In this document: piece by piece, positions 1 through 12,685 of the stretch
Layout: each line of letters starts with the position of its first letter
Position numbering within the stretch: the first letter of the stretch is position 1
Assembly (NCBI GenBank): GCA_003614675.1
Contig: ML002278.1
Location: 1 to 48,882, forward strand
Direction: 5' to 3'
Source: Dimargaris cristalligena
Lineage: Eukaryota
DNA: 48,882 bases
Translations under genes and position numbers: made by a program
Notes under the pieces: model-generated
What the model was told of the DNA's origin: nothing
What the model saw: only the letters and a program-made list of their open reading frames with translations
The model's database searches: none

Positions 1-164
1 ATAATAATAGAAAAAACAATATAATAATGAAAATGGAGGTAAAATAACCATACTCGTCAGGGGCAGGGGCAGGGGCTCATTCACTTGTCAGGGGTGTACT
101 TCCAATAAGTATGAAAAATAGATTAAAAATAAAAGTAAGTAAAAAATGTGGTAAGTTCACTACA
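1..164. mobile_element. Probable 3' end of a different LTR element inserted into the gypsy pol region (truncated by the window start)
   Basis: A-rich non-coding stretch ending ...GTTCACTACA (CA terminus) at 164. Integrase coding sequence starts abruptly at the next base. The other end and a TSD are not visible. Confidence 0.3.
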
Positions 165-1061
165 GATGCCACCCACAGCGGGCCCAGAGCCAGTCACCTG
201 GGAGCTGAAACAGTACTACACTGCCTCTATTAAACCATCTACTGGCCGTCCATAGACAAAGACATTAAGGAGCATGTCCACAGCTGCAAAACCTGCCAAT
301 ACCACCAACAGGCCCCTCAGCCCCCAGCCCAGCTTGTCACCCCCCCTCACCAGCCCCTTGGACCACCTCAGGATTGACATCATTGGCCTTTCATGCATAC
401 TGTGCCCCATATTACTGCCCAAGCCATCATCCAGTTCCTCATCAAAGATGTCATCAATGTACATAGTTGCCCTCAGATCCTCATCTCTGACTGCAGTAAC
501 CAAATTACTACTAGTATCCTCTGGAAAACTATGCAACTCTTAGGGGTAGACCACCAAATGGCCATCCCCTACCACCCCCAGAGTAATGGAGCCATGGAAT
601 ACCTCAATGGAACCCTCAAACACATGATCACTAAACATTCCTCTGGTGATGACCCCCAATGGGATCAACACCTCACCCTCCACCTATTTGCCTATCACAT
701 GGCCCATGTTTGCATAATCACCAACAAACCCTTCTTCTTGATGTATGGCTATGATCTATGCATGTCCATTGATGTTGCCCTGAATACTAAACCCAATACT
801 CTGCAAGCCTCCACTGGCTCTGCCTATACTGATGAGTTATGCAATAGACTCAGTGAAGCCTACCAACATGTCTGCCACAAGCTGGGTCCCAATCCTACTA
901 ACCTTATGCAATACTGGATTGGTGATTGTGTCTCAGTCCAAGTCCCACATGGACCCCTGTCCTTGCAGGCCCCATTTGAAGGACCTGTCTCCATAGAAGG
1001 CATCTATGGTAGTAACACCTATACCATCACTCCTGCAGCACATAACAAATATTGCCAATAA
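165..1061 (+). mobile_element. Degenerate Ty3/gypsy retrotransposon integrase (pol pseudogene)
   Basis: The frame from 165 reads DATHSGPRASHLGAETVLHCLY*TIYWPSIDKDIKEHVHSCKTCQ, an HHCC zinc-binding domain with an in-frame stop. A shifted frame gives PLDHLRIDIIG (first catalytic D). ORF 393-1061 gives ILISD...PYHPQSNGAMEYLNGTLK (second D and E of DDE) and PFFLMYG (GPY/F-like). Stops, frameshifts and an apparent deletion after IDIIG indicate it is inactive. Integrase lying just before the 3' LTR is the gypsy domain order. Confidence 0.9.
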
Positions 1062-1120
1062 GAATGAGTCTCCAGTGACTAGACCATTCCATTCATTAAA
1101 GGCCTTGAGGATAAGGCTCT

Positions 1121-1135
1121 AGTAGGAGAGGGTGA
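1121..1135 (+). other. Polypurine tract of the gypsy element
   Basis: AGTAGGAGAGGGTGA directly abuts the LTR start and follows a CCTTGAGGATAAGG motif of the kind often seen at gypsy pol 3' ends. Confidence 0.7.
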
Positions 1136-1699
1136 TATCAGCCCTCCTAATCTGACCTAATATGGACTTAATGATTGTCTACCCTTGTTAGGCCTTATAG
1201 TACTATATTAACCCTCCTATGGTCACCCCCAGTACTATGGGATCATCATTTATTATATAACCCTTCTCCTTCCAGCCCCCAATACTTTGCACAAAACACT
1301 CAACCTGCTAATCTAAAGACTCTTCTAGATATGAAGCCCATCTGGTCAGTCTATTTATCTATACTATAGTCTAGTAGTATCTCCCCTTGGGACCTCCCTC
1401 TGGAGTTGTCCCCACATATATATAACTGGGCCCCATTGGGACCAGTTAGATTCTTTAGTTTATTATTACCCCCTGGTTTATCCCTAATAAACCCTATATA
1501 TACTCACTACCCTTGTACTGACTAGTAAGTGTGCTGCTGCATATCCCTTGCCTATACCTGCATTTTGTAGCCTTAATTAGTTAGTACCATATCCATACCT
1601 AATACTAGTGACCTGTTTGGCTGAGCCTAGGCCCCACCTACCATTAGAAGCCTATCCTTGGGACTCTTGATGGACTAAGAGTGGTTAATCCAGGTGATA
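1136..1699 (+). mobile_element. 3' LTR of the gypsy element (LTR family A, copy 1)
   Basis: Aligns end to end with 11234-12103 (minus its insert) and with the reverse complement of 48554-48821. Termini are TATCA...TGATA here versus canonical TGTCA...TGACA in copy 2. Contains TATATATAA and AATAAA motifs. Confidence 0.9.
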
Positions 1700-2255
1700 T
1701 AGTTGTTATTTCCCCCCTCAAAGAGTAAGGATAAAGGATGGTGTGGTGTAAAATTAATGGTATGGGTATTTTCAAAATATGACTTACTAGATGTGTAGTA
1801 AGACCAACTGCTGCAGTCCATTCATTTATTTTGGAATTCTGGCAGTCTTACTCATCAATGGAATATTAAAGGGGTATAGATGTGATATAGTCCCTGAAAC
1901 TTTGCTGACTGCGGCATTTCTTTAAAAAAAAATCCTCCGTGTTCCCTAAATCCCACCTGCCTAAAGTCGTGTTTTGGAAAATAAGGAGCTGCTGAGTCCG
2001 TAGAATATCCATGTTTAATCGTAAAGTGTACAGCTTTTTTGTTGGCCAGCGTCCATGAATATGTTTCCCCTGGCGGGCTATTCCCAATCAGGATCCGGAG
2101 GTTATCAAAAAAGGAAATTAATGGAGAACGGTGGAGTGAAAAAATAATTCATGGCATGTAACCAACACTGTTTCATAGTTGACGAATGAGTTGGTCATAG
2201 CTACATGGTATATACTGACCCCTTGTGCCACCATCCTATTCTGACAACCAAATAT

Positions 2256-2265
2256 GTGACGTCAC
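2256..2265. promoter_or_regulatory. CRE/ATF-type palindrome GTGACGTCAC
   Basis: Perfect bZIP ATF/CREB core TGACGTCA. Further copies at 3599-3606 and 24104-24111. Function is not demonstrated. Confidence 0.3.
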
Positions 2266-2438
2266 GGATACTTCAAGGAGATTCAGGCGCCGAGTTAGGC
2301 AATTTAGTATGGTATCAAAGGGGCTCATGAATATTACCCATTACTGGGAACCCGTAACAGTGGGTCACAACTGACGATCTTTCCACTGAAACGTATTATC
2401 AGGCCCAACCACACAAAAAAAAATGGAGAAAGAGAATT

Positions 2439-2842
2439 AACCGGTTTCCCCTGGCGGTCTGGCCGGTATTAGTATATCTCATTCTCTCACCCTCTCTCTT
2501 AAGTGATACTAACGGCCGCTTGGGCCAACCTGTCATGCACTCAACGCAGGGGTTTTCCAATGGAGAGAACGTGTATAGTATAAAAAAGAAATTAGAGGGG
2601 ATACGGAGGGACAAAATCCCGCCGGTGACCTGGACTTGCAGAACGAATGGGTTAGGTCTAGTGAAAGAAAGTACAGTAAGTCGCTGTGCTGTTTTGAGGG
2701 GTGGGACTGGCTGAGAACGTTAGACCTGTGTACTTACTTTACCTTGGCGACAGCGAGGGAGAGAGAGGGGGGGGTACAGGGGATGGGTCTGCCTACTCCT
2801 ACCAGCGGAACCAATCCAACGATACAAGTAATAGAACCGGTT
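2439..2842. promoter_or_regulatory. Pair of perfect Grainyhead/CP2 consensus sites AACCGGTT (2439-2446, 2835-2842)
   Basis: Exact matches to the GRH palindrome upstream of the Grainyhead-like gene. Near-matches include AACCTGTT (2970-2977) and AACCGGTG (3161-3168). Confidence 0.35.
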
Positions 2843-5800
2843 AGATCAACGGATGGCTGCTTTCATTAGACCCCGTGCTGGTTTGTACCTGATTACAAGT
2901 TAGTTGTTCTGAGGTAGAAAGGGTATACCTGGTTGGATGGTTTAATGAGATAAACGGAACAAACAGCGCAACCTGTTTCATCGGCAATTTTTTAAGATTT
3001 CATCTACGCACAGTTACTGGTTGGTCGAGAGAGGGGTCGATTCGCCGGTCTACCGGAGGTTTTCCTCTACGTATCAGATCAGTTCAATATAGAATCGGGA
3101 CTTATTTACGAAATAGCATGGGCATGGTACAGATCTGTGAACAATAGGGAGGTAGGGAATAACCGGTGGGCCAAGTTACATTCACTGCATCAAATTCAGG
3201 CAAATCAGTAAGCCTCCCCCCTAGTCATTCTGATTGTCGGCGTTGCATACGAACTCTGTAGTAGAAGGTAAGGTGTGTCCAGCTACTTTTTTTTTACTGG
3301 GCCGTGTCCACTCCGTTCCCAACTGCCAATCAAACTCCAGGGGTGGAGAGGCGTGTCACGGTTAGTTTTTGGGGGTGGTTGACGACAGCATTTTTCTCTC
3401 TCTTCCCCCCATACACTGTGTGTGTACCAGCGCGATCCAGGTAAAATTGGCGCCACTAATCATCAGGCTATACATGTAGACCGATCATTGGATCCCATAC
3501 CATTACATGAGCTGCACCGCGTATGTAGTATGGACCTAATATCACCTGCGCCTGAAATCGGACCAAATCCCATGCTAAGGGTGTGCGACTGGCGCCATTG
3601 ACGTCAACTCAATTGTCGTTGACACAACCCGATCTGGGATCTACTCTTAGATATTCAAATACCTGTTCAGGTACATTCGGAATCGGGTTGAGGCGCACCC
3701 TTCATTTAACAAGTGAACGGGTGACGCACTACCAAGGGAGTGGGGGTTTGGCAGAACGCCTTCATTCCTCCCCCCCGGAGCCTAATATTATGATGCTACA
3801 CCCCTTCTTTGGCTTAATTCATACTCTCCACATTTGGTCCATGTCTATCTAAGGACCGTATGCATGTATAGATGCGTGCGTGACCTTCTACTTCGAGGTT
3901 CTAACTGTAGAGTCCTGGTGCCGGTTCACAGTGCTCTGGTCACCACCTGTCACACCGGACATGCAGGTTTTGGCAGTGGCACTGTTGTTGAGCTTGCGAC
4001 CATGTTGGATTGGTTTCATTGGCCTCTTCCCAATCGGCCAGGTTTATCAGATACACGGAGGGTCAGCCCCCTCTCTTTCTCTCCGCCACCCCGATCTTGC
4101 AAGGGTCGTTTGAAATAGGGTTGGGAAACCAGATGAATTGCGGGTTTATAGCGCGACTGTATATGAAAAGGGAAAGGGGAGCCACTAGCCTATTGCCGAA
4201 GGCTTGGCTTGGAGGGACAATGGGTCGTGCGATTTTCTGAATGTACGGCGAACGGTACCACTTTCTATGTATATATTTATATGGTAGGTCCCCGTACTGT
4301 CCGAATAGGCCAGCTTTAGCCGTGGGGGTTTACCCAGTTGCTATTTCCTCTCCATCTGCAGCGGAGTGCAGAGAAGGGGAGCTGACTGGGCCCCGCCACC
4401 CCTTCCCTCTATATGTCCGAAAATGGGTGTAACACCGAGGCCACAGGTCTCCCTGGAGCCTGACTCTAGCTATATACCGGGACTTCTCCTTTTATTATCA
4501 ACCGACGTGATCTCTGGTTCACTCGTTTTAGCATTGGGGCCGTGGTAGCAGTGCGGGACCGCCTATTGCTGCCGTTCCCACTGGTAATCAATACCTCCCA
4601 ACTACTCAGTTATATTATAGCCCGGTGAGTCTTAGCCGGCCGTTTAATCTAGGCCGCACTCCACCAGCTTCCGTCGAAACACCACTTGCTGACCATCTAC
4701 AGCGCTATTCTACTCCGCTCGCAAAGCTCACTGCTGCCACTATTATCTCGCTGGTGACCATCCGTCGATAAGCGGGGGGAGGGTATACGCTGGCCTACCG
4801 AATGTATTCGTCTGGCTCAGGTTAGGTCCATTTTCGGCCGTTGGTTTTCGGGGGACCTTTCGGACATAGTGACGAAGCCCAATGACCAGCTCATCCGCCA
4901 AGTCAGTGGCTGATATTATACTGTGCCCGTTGGGTCAACGCGGCTTCTCTCCTCCTTCTTCCCCCCTCTCTGGACTTCCATATTTGCAAGTCGCTGAATG
5001 TTTCCCTATACTTCTGCACGTACCATCTACCCATACCGGTTATGACCCCCTTAAGACTACCCCTCACTTCAGCGTGGTCTTTCACACTGGTACACTCTCT
5101 TTCTTTCCCTTTTCCCTCTTTCTTTCTTCCCCTCCCCCTCTTAGCGCCCTCTTATTGATTACTTGCTGGATTTATACGGCGACTGTGCCCAGGACGTGCT
5201 GAACCCAACTTCGGCTTCACGTTGAAGTGTCGGGTATTGCCCTTAACCAAATCCACACTGTCACTGAGGCATGTCTGTCGAACGTTCTCTCCACTATTAC
5301 CCCGACCATTGATATCATCCCAGGTTATAGCTGCTCTTCCCTTGTGCCTCGTCCTATTTTATCCACCATCCTCTTTTACTTCTTCTCTCACCTTACCTTA
5401 TTACCTAAATTATTCCTACTATTTCCTTCTCCTCTTTCCTTCTCCCCTTTCCGATAAAATCGTTGGGTACTATTTTGACAGTTACCTACGTCAGTCTAAA
5501 TCACGCTCTTCCTTTAGAGAATCGGTTGCTTCGTTTTCTCCGAACCTGACAATAGGGTTTCCTTATAAAGTCCCGCACGGCTGGTTTTTCTTCTCCGCCT
5601 CTATGTCTATCCGCCTCCATTGGAAGCAGCTGTTCTATTTCCCCGCCCCCCCGTAACCCTTCACCTGTCCCTCTCTAAGTTCAATACAGTCTTTTTCCTT
5701 CTTCCCCAATTTCTCTTTTTGTGCCTTTGCCCTCCGATAGTTCATACCCCTTCTTTCACCCTCCACCTTTTTGGACCGCCACTCTATTCCCGCCACCGTA

Positions 5801-7147
5801 CATTGCATATATTCCCTCTCCACCTACGTAACTGTCTTGGCAACCTCGTTAACTGTAACATTCTCCGCACATTTTTTGATATTGAAACCCTGCTTATTTG
5901 GCGTATCTAATCGATATTATTAGGAACGGTGGGGGGTTTTTTTTTTGGAATTGGTTGCTCGAAATATTGCCAGTTCGGTCAATTTTTCCCACCGGCCCAG
6001 TGTTACATAGTTTATCCGTTCAGTTGGCTTTGGCCTGGGTAGTTAGTTCAGTTCTTTCTCTCGTTTATAAGTCTTTCAACTATACCCCAAGTGCCTCGGG
6101 TATATTTTTTTATCGAATGCTGTAGAGAAGACCACTATTCAGCGGTTTAGTCGATACCTACCTTACACCTTTATATCGGCATTTACTTGGTTGATATCTC
6201 AACGGGAAATAATTGCTTGGTAACCATTATTCCGGAATATTGTATGGAATGCCTCATACTCTGAGCCAAACATGCTTTGACACCATGGCGGGCCCTTATA
6301 ATCCAAAGTAAGTTGGTTATTTTTGTTCGACGAAAACTGCGAGTCGGCGTGGCTATTGTCGAGGTGAAGTTCGCGGACGTCGCCTGCCGCAAATCCGCCT
6401 CAGCATTTGAAATATGAACCTCCATCACTCCACTAACCCCTATAACACTCATTGGATGTATTTCTGGGTCCGGTAGCCAATCGCTTCCTTTTTCTTATGA
6501 GTCAGTTTCTGGTCTGAACGTCTATAGCAACGATTCGTACCAGCAATCTGTTCCGAATCTACGGCTCCAGTAAGTAACTTTGAGAGTTCGGGGGATGTTC
6601 AAATGTTGATGAAATACCGGTCAAATCTCCATGAAAACTAATATACACTATAGCTCAGGATATGACAGCCGAGGTGCAATGCTGCTACTATCTGTGGCCC
6701 GGATAATGTTACGGCATCTACTGAACTATCCCACTGATTACTAGAAGCACAGGCCAATGAATTGGGGAAAGGGGAACCAATGGCTCACTATCGCAGCATT
6801 AAATCGAGATCCCGATCGGATAGTAAACTCGGGATTACTATTAATGGGCATAATATTAATCGCATGGCGTGTGCACACATAATAGAGGGGCGGGGATTGC
6901 TGGCGCTTTCAGGGTCGAGTGGGGGGGGTGCAGAGGGACTAGACTGAAAAAGGGAAAAACAATCAATCGAGGAAAAGAGGGCATTCATACCACCTACCGC
7001 TTTAAACTTATTAAAGCGCAATTTGGTAACACCGAATTTAACCTTCACTCCATTCACTCCCACCCCAATCACCCAGGCCGGGCAGTTGCCCAATTAGGCG
7101 ATTTCCCGAGGCCTGACCATCGACATCGAGTTTAACTTATTCCCCGA

Positions 7148-8979
7148 ATGTCTAATGTCCCCAAAGGGTGTGGGCAGCTTTGCCGATGCCAGGTCTTCAT
7201 CGATCGGGGTTTTGTGTGATAAACTCGATGATGATGGTAGTCTCCCCCTTTCTCCTTTTCTCCCAGTGCATCCATCCACTCAAAAAAAAAATCCCATGCA
7301 CCTCGGGCGCCAATCCGACACTAAACAATGTACTTTACAGTCTGCATCCAACTATTTTTTTTGGCATGTCTATAGTTAGTACCCTCCTCTATTAAGGTAC
7401 TCTTTCTAATTGCATGGCCTTCGCTTTTCCTGAATTTGTTCTGATGTATTCCCCTTTACTGTTCTATTGATTGTGACTATGGCGCCCCCTCTTTATTCTA
7501 CCCCACCATAGGCCGGCCCAACCATTAGCACGGGAATCCCATCCCACCCATCACGGCTCGATGATCCTCGCCGAGCCAGGCGAGCCTCAGTTTCTGGGCC
7601 CTCCCAACGCCACACCGCCCACCCCATTTTCCCGACTGGTTAACCCCGAATTCCCCGTCAGTGGTCTGGCTAGCGTTCAGCAGCAACTTGATCAGGTCTC
7701 GAGCTACGTACGTCATGGCGATTCCACCAATTCCTATTTTTCGGCCTACCACTCCCAATTAGCCAATATTCCCCAACCGCACCCGCCAGCCATCTCCCAC
7801 GCCAGTGCCTTTACCGCCGATAATCCTGGCACATCACAGCCCAATTCCAGTCCCTACCACCAATCGATGCTTCAGTCACCCTCCCACTCTGTTTCCTTTC
7901 TGGAACAAACATCGCCATCTATGGATGGCTTCCACTCTGGCTCGACCCTTTTGGGGAAGGGGATGGCAGTTTCCACCCTAGCTCATGTTAGTTTCCCAGA
8001 CTAGTAAGTTGTCAACATACCCCTCCCTACTCATTTATTCGCTGACCTGCCAGACCCCATATCTAATTTATTGTTACATATATATATTCCATACTCGTAT
8101 AAAACCGATTATCGGTCGGTGCTTCTTTAACTACCAGTATCAAATTTCGCTCTTATCTGGAGACCAAAATATCACCATCCTGCCGCAAGGATGAGCCCAC
8201 CATTACCTATATTAATCGAGGTAGGTTTACTCTTAATCGTTGGGCATTGAATGGATAATCTGGGTGTAAAGTATGAGGTGCATTGTAGACATGCCCTCCC
8301 AATAAGCCTTGGTGTAATCCATTGGCAATGGTTATCTAAGGCTCCCCCCATAATTTGCTGCTAACCCCCATCCACTAAGACTTGTCCTGACCATCTGCTA
8401 ATTTGTGATGCGGGGCTTTAGGTCAGACCTACATGATGAGCCACAGCCATGAGCCATCCCAGAACATCATTTACAAAACTCAGCTCATTATTGCGTTCCA
8501 CGACGACCACCACCGCCAAGAGGCCGCCAAACTGTGGAGAGTGTGGGCCGAGAAGCAGCCCAACCCGATGAACCCAAAAGCCGTTGAGATCGATGCCAGC
8601 TCGTCCTATAATATCACCATTATCGACGATAGCCAATTTGACCGGGTGACTTTTAACTGGAGTGGCACTGATGTGGCTCGCCTTAGTATCCGCTTTAACT
8701 TTCTCTCCACCGACTTCACAAACCTCAAGGGAATCAAGGGTATTCCTTTACGTTTGGTGGCCTTAAATGTACATAGTGGCGGTTCTGATTCTAATGCAGA
8801 ATGCTATTATACCCTGTTGAAGAGCTTCCGGGATAAGGTTAGTATTGTTATTTGTTATGTCTATGGTTGTCGCGAATTGTTTATATATATCCCAACTGAG
8901 TTGAGTTGGGGTCGGTTAGTTGTCATCACTCGCTCTCTCATGTGGCTCATACTGGCTATATCTAATAACATGTCCTAGC

Positions 8980-9013
<34 letters not shown>

Positions 9014-9775
9014 CCTACTTATCACTTTCAAATTTGCCTATTTTGCTTGCTTTATGGTCGGTCGTATCATGTGCAATAGGGAGCAGAGCGGAAGTATAAA
9101 GACGAAAGTCGCCATTATTCCAAACACTTGGGGAAGGGCAAATCAATGATTGAGGCGGATAATTTAAATGCCAACCTCTACTTTCCAGCCAGTCCTTTGA
9201 CCGCTTTGAAACAGCCCCTACTGGCCTCCCAGATTCCCGCGCCTTACGGCAATCTTCTAGTATCGACTCCCGACAGCAATCATCTTACCAATGTGGTGGC
9301 GGCAAGTGGCAGCAGTGTAAGTGGCACAGGTTCTCTGGAGGTTCTGGCTTCCCAACACATATGGAACTCGGGATCCCGCTCTCCCAATATAGAATATTTA
9401 ATTCGTAAGAGAAAACGGACCACGCCATTGCGGCCGTGTAACTGTCAGATTGCCGACCGTGACCCCACCTATGCCCCAAACCCAATGCACAAATACCAAC
9501 TCTGTATGTTGGTCCAATTCCCGCGTGAAACCTGGTACCGGGCCGTTTACCTAGAACGCTTGACTATGGAACACTTTCAAACGCAATTGATGGCTAAATT
9601 GGATCTTGCGAGTCCAAACGTAAGCATTGAAGGTATTCGACGGCATACCCTCGCTGACCAGGTGGTCCATATGGACGATGAAATGCTCCAGAAAATGGAT
9701 GATGAGATCGATATGGTCCTGTCAATTCAGCCTGGAAGCCGCTCCAGCTGGTTCTTCCTATGTCTTTTTTTTTAG
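7148..9775 (+). CDS. Grainyhead/CP2 (LSF/GRH) family transcription factor
   Basis: Exons: 7148-7167 (tentative), 7512-8003, 8138-8220, 8422-8837 and 9080-9775, all phase-consistent GT-AG. Splicing restores the CP2-domain motifs FRSYLET...EPTITYINRGQTY, FNFLSTDFTNLKGIKGIPLRL and KSFRDKGAERKYKDE. The C-terminal YRAVYLERLT...MDDEML domain is typical of the family. The start could instead be ATG 7561. Confidence 0.92.
8983..9010. repeat. (TA)14 microsatellite in the last intron of the Grainyhead-like gene
   Basis: Read directly from the sequence. Confidence 0.95.
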
Positions 9776-10369
9776 CTTTCCTTAACATGTCCTAATGGCA
9801 CTATCATCTGTGGTTTTTAATTATGTTTTTTCGTTTTTTTTTTAAAAAAAAGGACAATAAATGTGGTTTTGGGTAAATACCTGTCGTATTTTACAGGTGG
9901 CTTATCGGGGGGCTTTCACAGGGATCCCGCTTATGTACAAGGCCGACGATCATTCTGCTGTGGCCGAATAGTTATTGCTATTGGGAGACGCACTGTACCA
10001 GGCCCTCTAAGGATGAAGCTCACCCTGCGTAGTGAGACCGCTCGGGGACTTTGTTACTTTATTATGGTTATTTGAGTGTGATGCTGTAAATCTTGTACAA
10101 GGAATTAACCTCATATTCAGTGTGGTGCGATAAGACCATGGGTTCTTTGGGCTTTCAAAAAAGGATCAGGCAGACTGGGCTTAATAAATATATTTTAAAA
10201 AATTGCTAGCTGGCAATGACAAGGTACTGGAATTTGTCCATATACGCTACGTGGGTGCCTATATGATAAATTATACCTGCTATTATCAAAAATATACATT
10301 ATGGGCTATGCATCACTGTTATAAATAATCAACCAATCTATTTCTACAATGTACAGTCCTTTAGAAACC

Positions 10370-10950
10370 TTTTGAGGCTGACCCCAGCTCCATCCATGTT
10401 AATATTTAAGAGAAAATTGTCTCCCAAATCCCCTTTCAGAGACCAATCAACCGAGGCGGTCAGGCTAATGTATCCACATCCCAGTTTACAAATCACCTTG
10501 CTGCTTCACCAACCGATTAGGCCTGCTTTACAGTGCGGGGCTGGCTACACTGTACTATACACTCATTATTCTAATCCACCATTTTTGGCCGACATCCCAA
10601 CCAGCCTGGTTCAGCCTGGTAGATCTTTTCCCATCTAATCACAGTACTAAACCTATTGTTTAAAAATGCCCATATTATTGTACCCATATGCATTGTTAAA
10701 TGAGACAACCTGATTATCCACCTCCGTTTCCACGTCTCCCTAATACATTCCTGCTGCCTATTTGTTGTCTTCCAGGTCTGCTGCCTAATGTTCACCCCAC
10801 CTATATACCTCGGTTTATGGGTTCCTCGGGCCAAGCCATCAGTTCGCCTAGCAGCAGCAGGACGGGGCCAATTGCTCGGAGAATGGGTAATGGTCACCTG
10901 ACTGCCCCAACGAGAATGCACCACCAAACAGGCAGCAAAAAATTATTGGC
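10370..10950 (+). mobile_element. Possible highly decayed non-LTR retrotransposon fragment
   Basis: CpG-poor region. Broken frames give RPINRGG-(shift)-RLM at about 10440-10470, reminiscent of the post-RT P..GGLG motif, and FWPTSQPAWFSL at about 10583-10618. Weak motif resemblance only. Confidence 0.2.
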
Positions 10951-11233
10951 ATAATCGACCACACAAATGAACTATAGGTATAAAATAAGCAAAAGATAAT
11001 CCAATTTTATTTTATTATTGGAGAAAATGCAGATAGCACACGTCATTCCAAGTTCCCTCTCACTTACATTGATAATATTTGACCCCCCTGGGTCCGGGAG
11101 TAATGCAGACCTTGGTCACCACCTATTACTGATATATTGGACTAGTATTCACTGGCAATTACTTTAATCACCCACATTTGTAACAATTCAACAGTACCCT
11201 TCTTAGTCAGACACTACAATAGGTACCTTAGCC

Positions 11234-12103
11234 TGTCAGCCCTTCTAATCCACCTTAATCTGGACACCAGGCTGTCTGCCCTTATTAGGTCTTATAGCAC
11301 TATATTAACCTTTCCATAGTCACCCCTGGTACTATGGGATTACCCTATATCACATAACCCTTCCCCTTCCAGACTCCAACCCTTTACACTAATCACTCAG
11401 CATGCTGATCCAAGGACTCTTCCGGTTACCCTGAGAGTCTTCCAGATACTAGTAGCCATCCAGTTGGCCTATTCTCACTATATACCTTAGTTACCTGTAG
11501 TCTTCCCTTGGGACTTCCCTCTGGAGTTGTCCCCACATATATATAACCGGGCCCCCTTGGGACCAGTTAGATACCTTAGCTTATTTCTTACCCCCTAGTT
11601 TACTCCAATAAGCTTCATATATACTGCAACCATTAGGAGAGATCGACCCCATTAGTGATGTTGAGGTCACCTGATCCTCCCTACTCTAAAGCAACGCCTA
11701 AAAGGCGAAGAACAGTTACTGGCCCCATTAAAACATAATAGATTAGCCCGAGGTATAAATTAGATAATGATCTGCGCCACTCGGCAAACCTTATGTCTTA
11801 ATAAAATACTTATACTTATATCCATACATTTAGTTATTATCCCCCTCAAACCCCAACTCGGCTGAGGTAGTAGATCCTAGCCCAACTCGGCCTACCTGTA
11901 ACAATACTCACCCCCTTGTACTGACCCATAAGTGTGCCTGCTGCACATCCCTTACATAACTAATCACCTAGGCCTTTATTGGTTAGTACTGTGCCCTGTT
12001 CCTAATGCTAGTAGCCCACTTGGCCAAGTCTAAAGCCCTGCCTACCATTAGAAGCCTATCCCCGGGACTCTTGATAGACTAAGAGTGGTAAACCCAGGTG
12101 ACA
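11234..12103 (+). mobile_element. Solo LTR, family A copy 2 (interrupted by a nested insertion)
   Basis: TGTCA...TGACA termini and colinear with copy 1. No internal retrotransposon sequence was recognised on either side. The flanks TAGCC and CTTAA are not a TSD. Confidence 0.9.
11625..11903. mobile_element. Nested 279-bp solo-LTR-like element (family B)
   Basis: Starts TGCAAC and ends GTAACA, flanked by a 4-bp duplication ATAC (11621-11624 and 11904-11907). The empty site CATATATACTCAC is seen in copy 3, and a closely similar site in copy 1. Internal direct repeat CCCAACTCGGC occurs twice. Confidence 0.85.
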
Positions 12104-12685
12104 CTTAATATGACGATATGTGAATGGCTACTATTAGCTAGTGACAGCTGTCAAGTCTACTGTCATTTCTATCACTCTCATGATTATAAGCCAGTGTGCA
12201 GGGTAGAGGGAGAAATGAATACCCCACCGAAATGTCAGATGTAATTGGGTTTAGTGCACATCTTATCATAGACGGCGGCATATATCTGAAAGGTCGTATC
12301 ATTTAGCCAGACGATAATACTCTCACATTTTTTGTAGTTGGCCTACACGAAGTTGGGTGTAGCAGCCAAATTCAGCAGGTCTATCCATAATTGCATCATC
12401 ATATCCCCAGGATTTCCGACATCAAAATGTCACTAAGTAGTTTGAAATTAATACACCTCTTCTTACGTAAACTAATAACATTAACACATGCCCAGCAAAA
12501 GTCCCATAATTGCAGCCTTCCGGTAATTAGGTAAGAGTTTCCAATGGATTTTATGAGTGGAGAAGTGCCACTCCATAGTGGTGGATACGTTTTATAGATT
12601 TTCTGATCTAATAAACAATAAATAGAACCCATCAGTTGCCAACATAAATAAAATCCGGCTTGTCCAAGGTAGTCACGCAAGTCCC

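Noticed and set aside
4882-6125. Hydrophobic ORFs (e.g. 5222-5656) that look like membrane proteins
   Set aside because: They arise from CT-rich low-complexity leader DNA (Phe/Leu/Ser/Pro bias), and overlapping frames look equally plausible. The same applies to 30479-31222.
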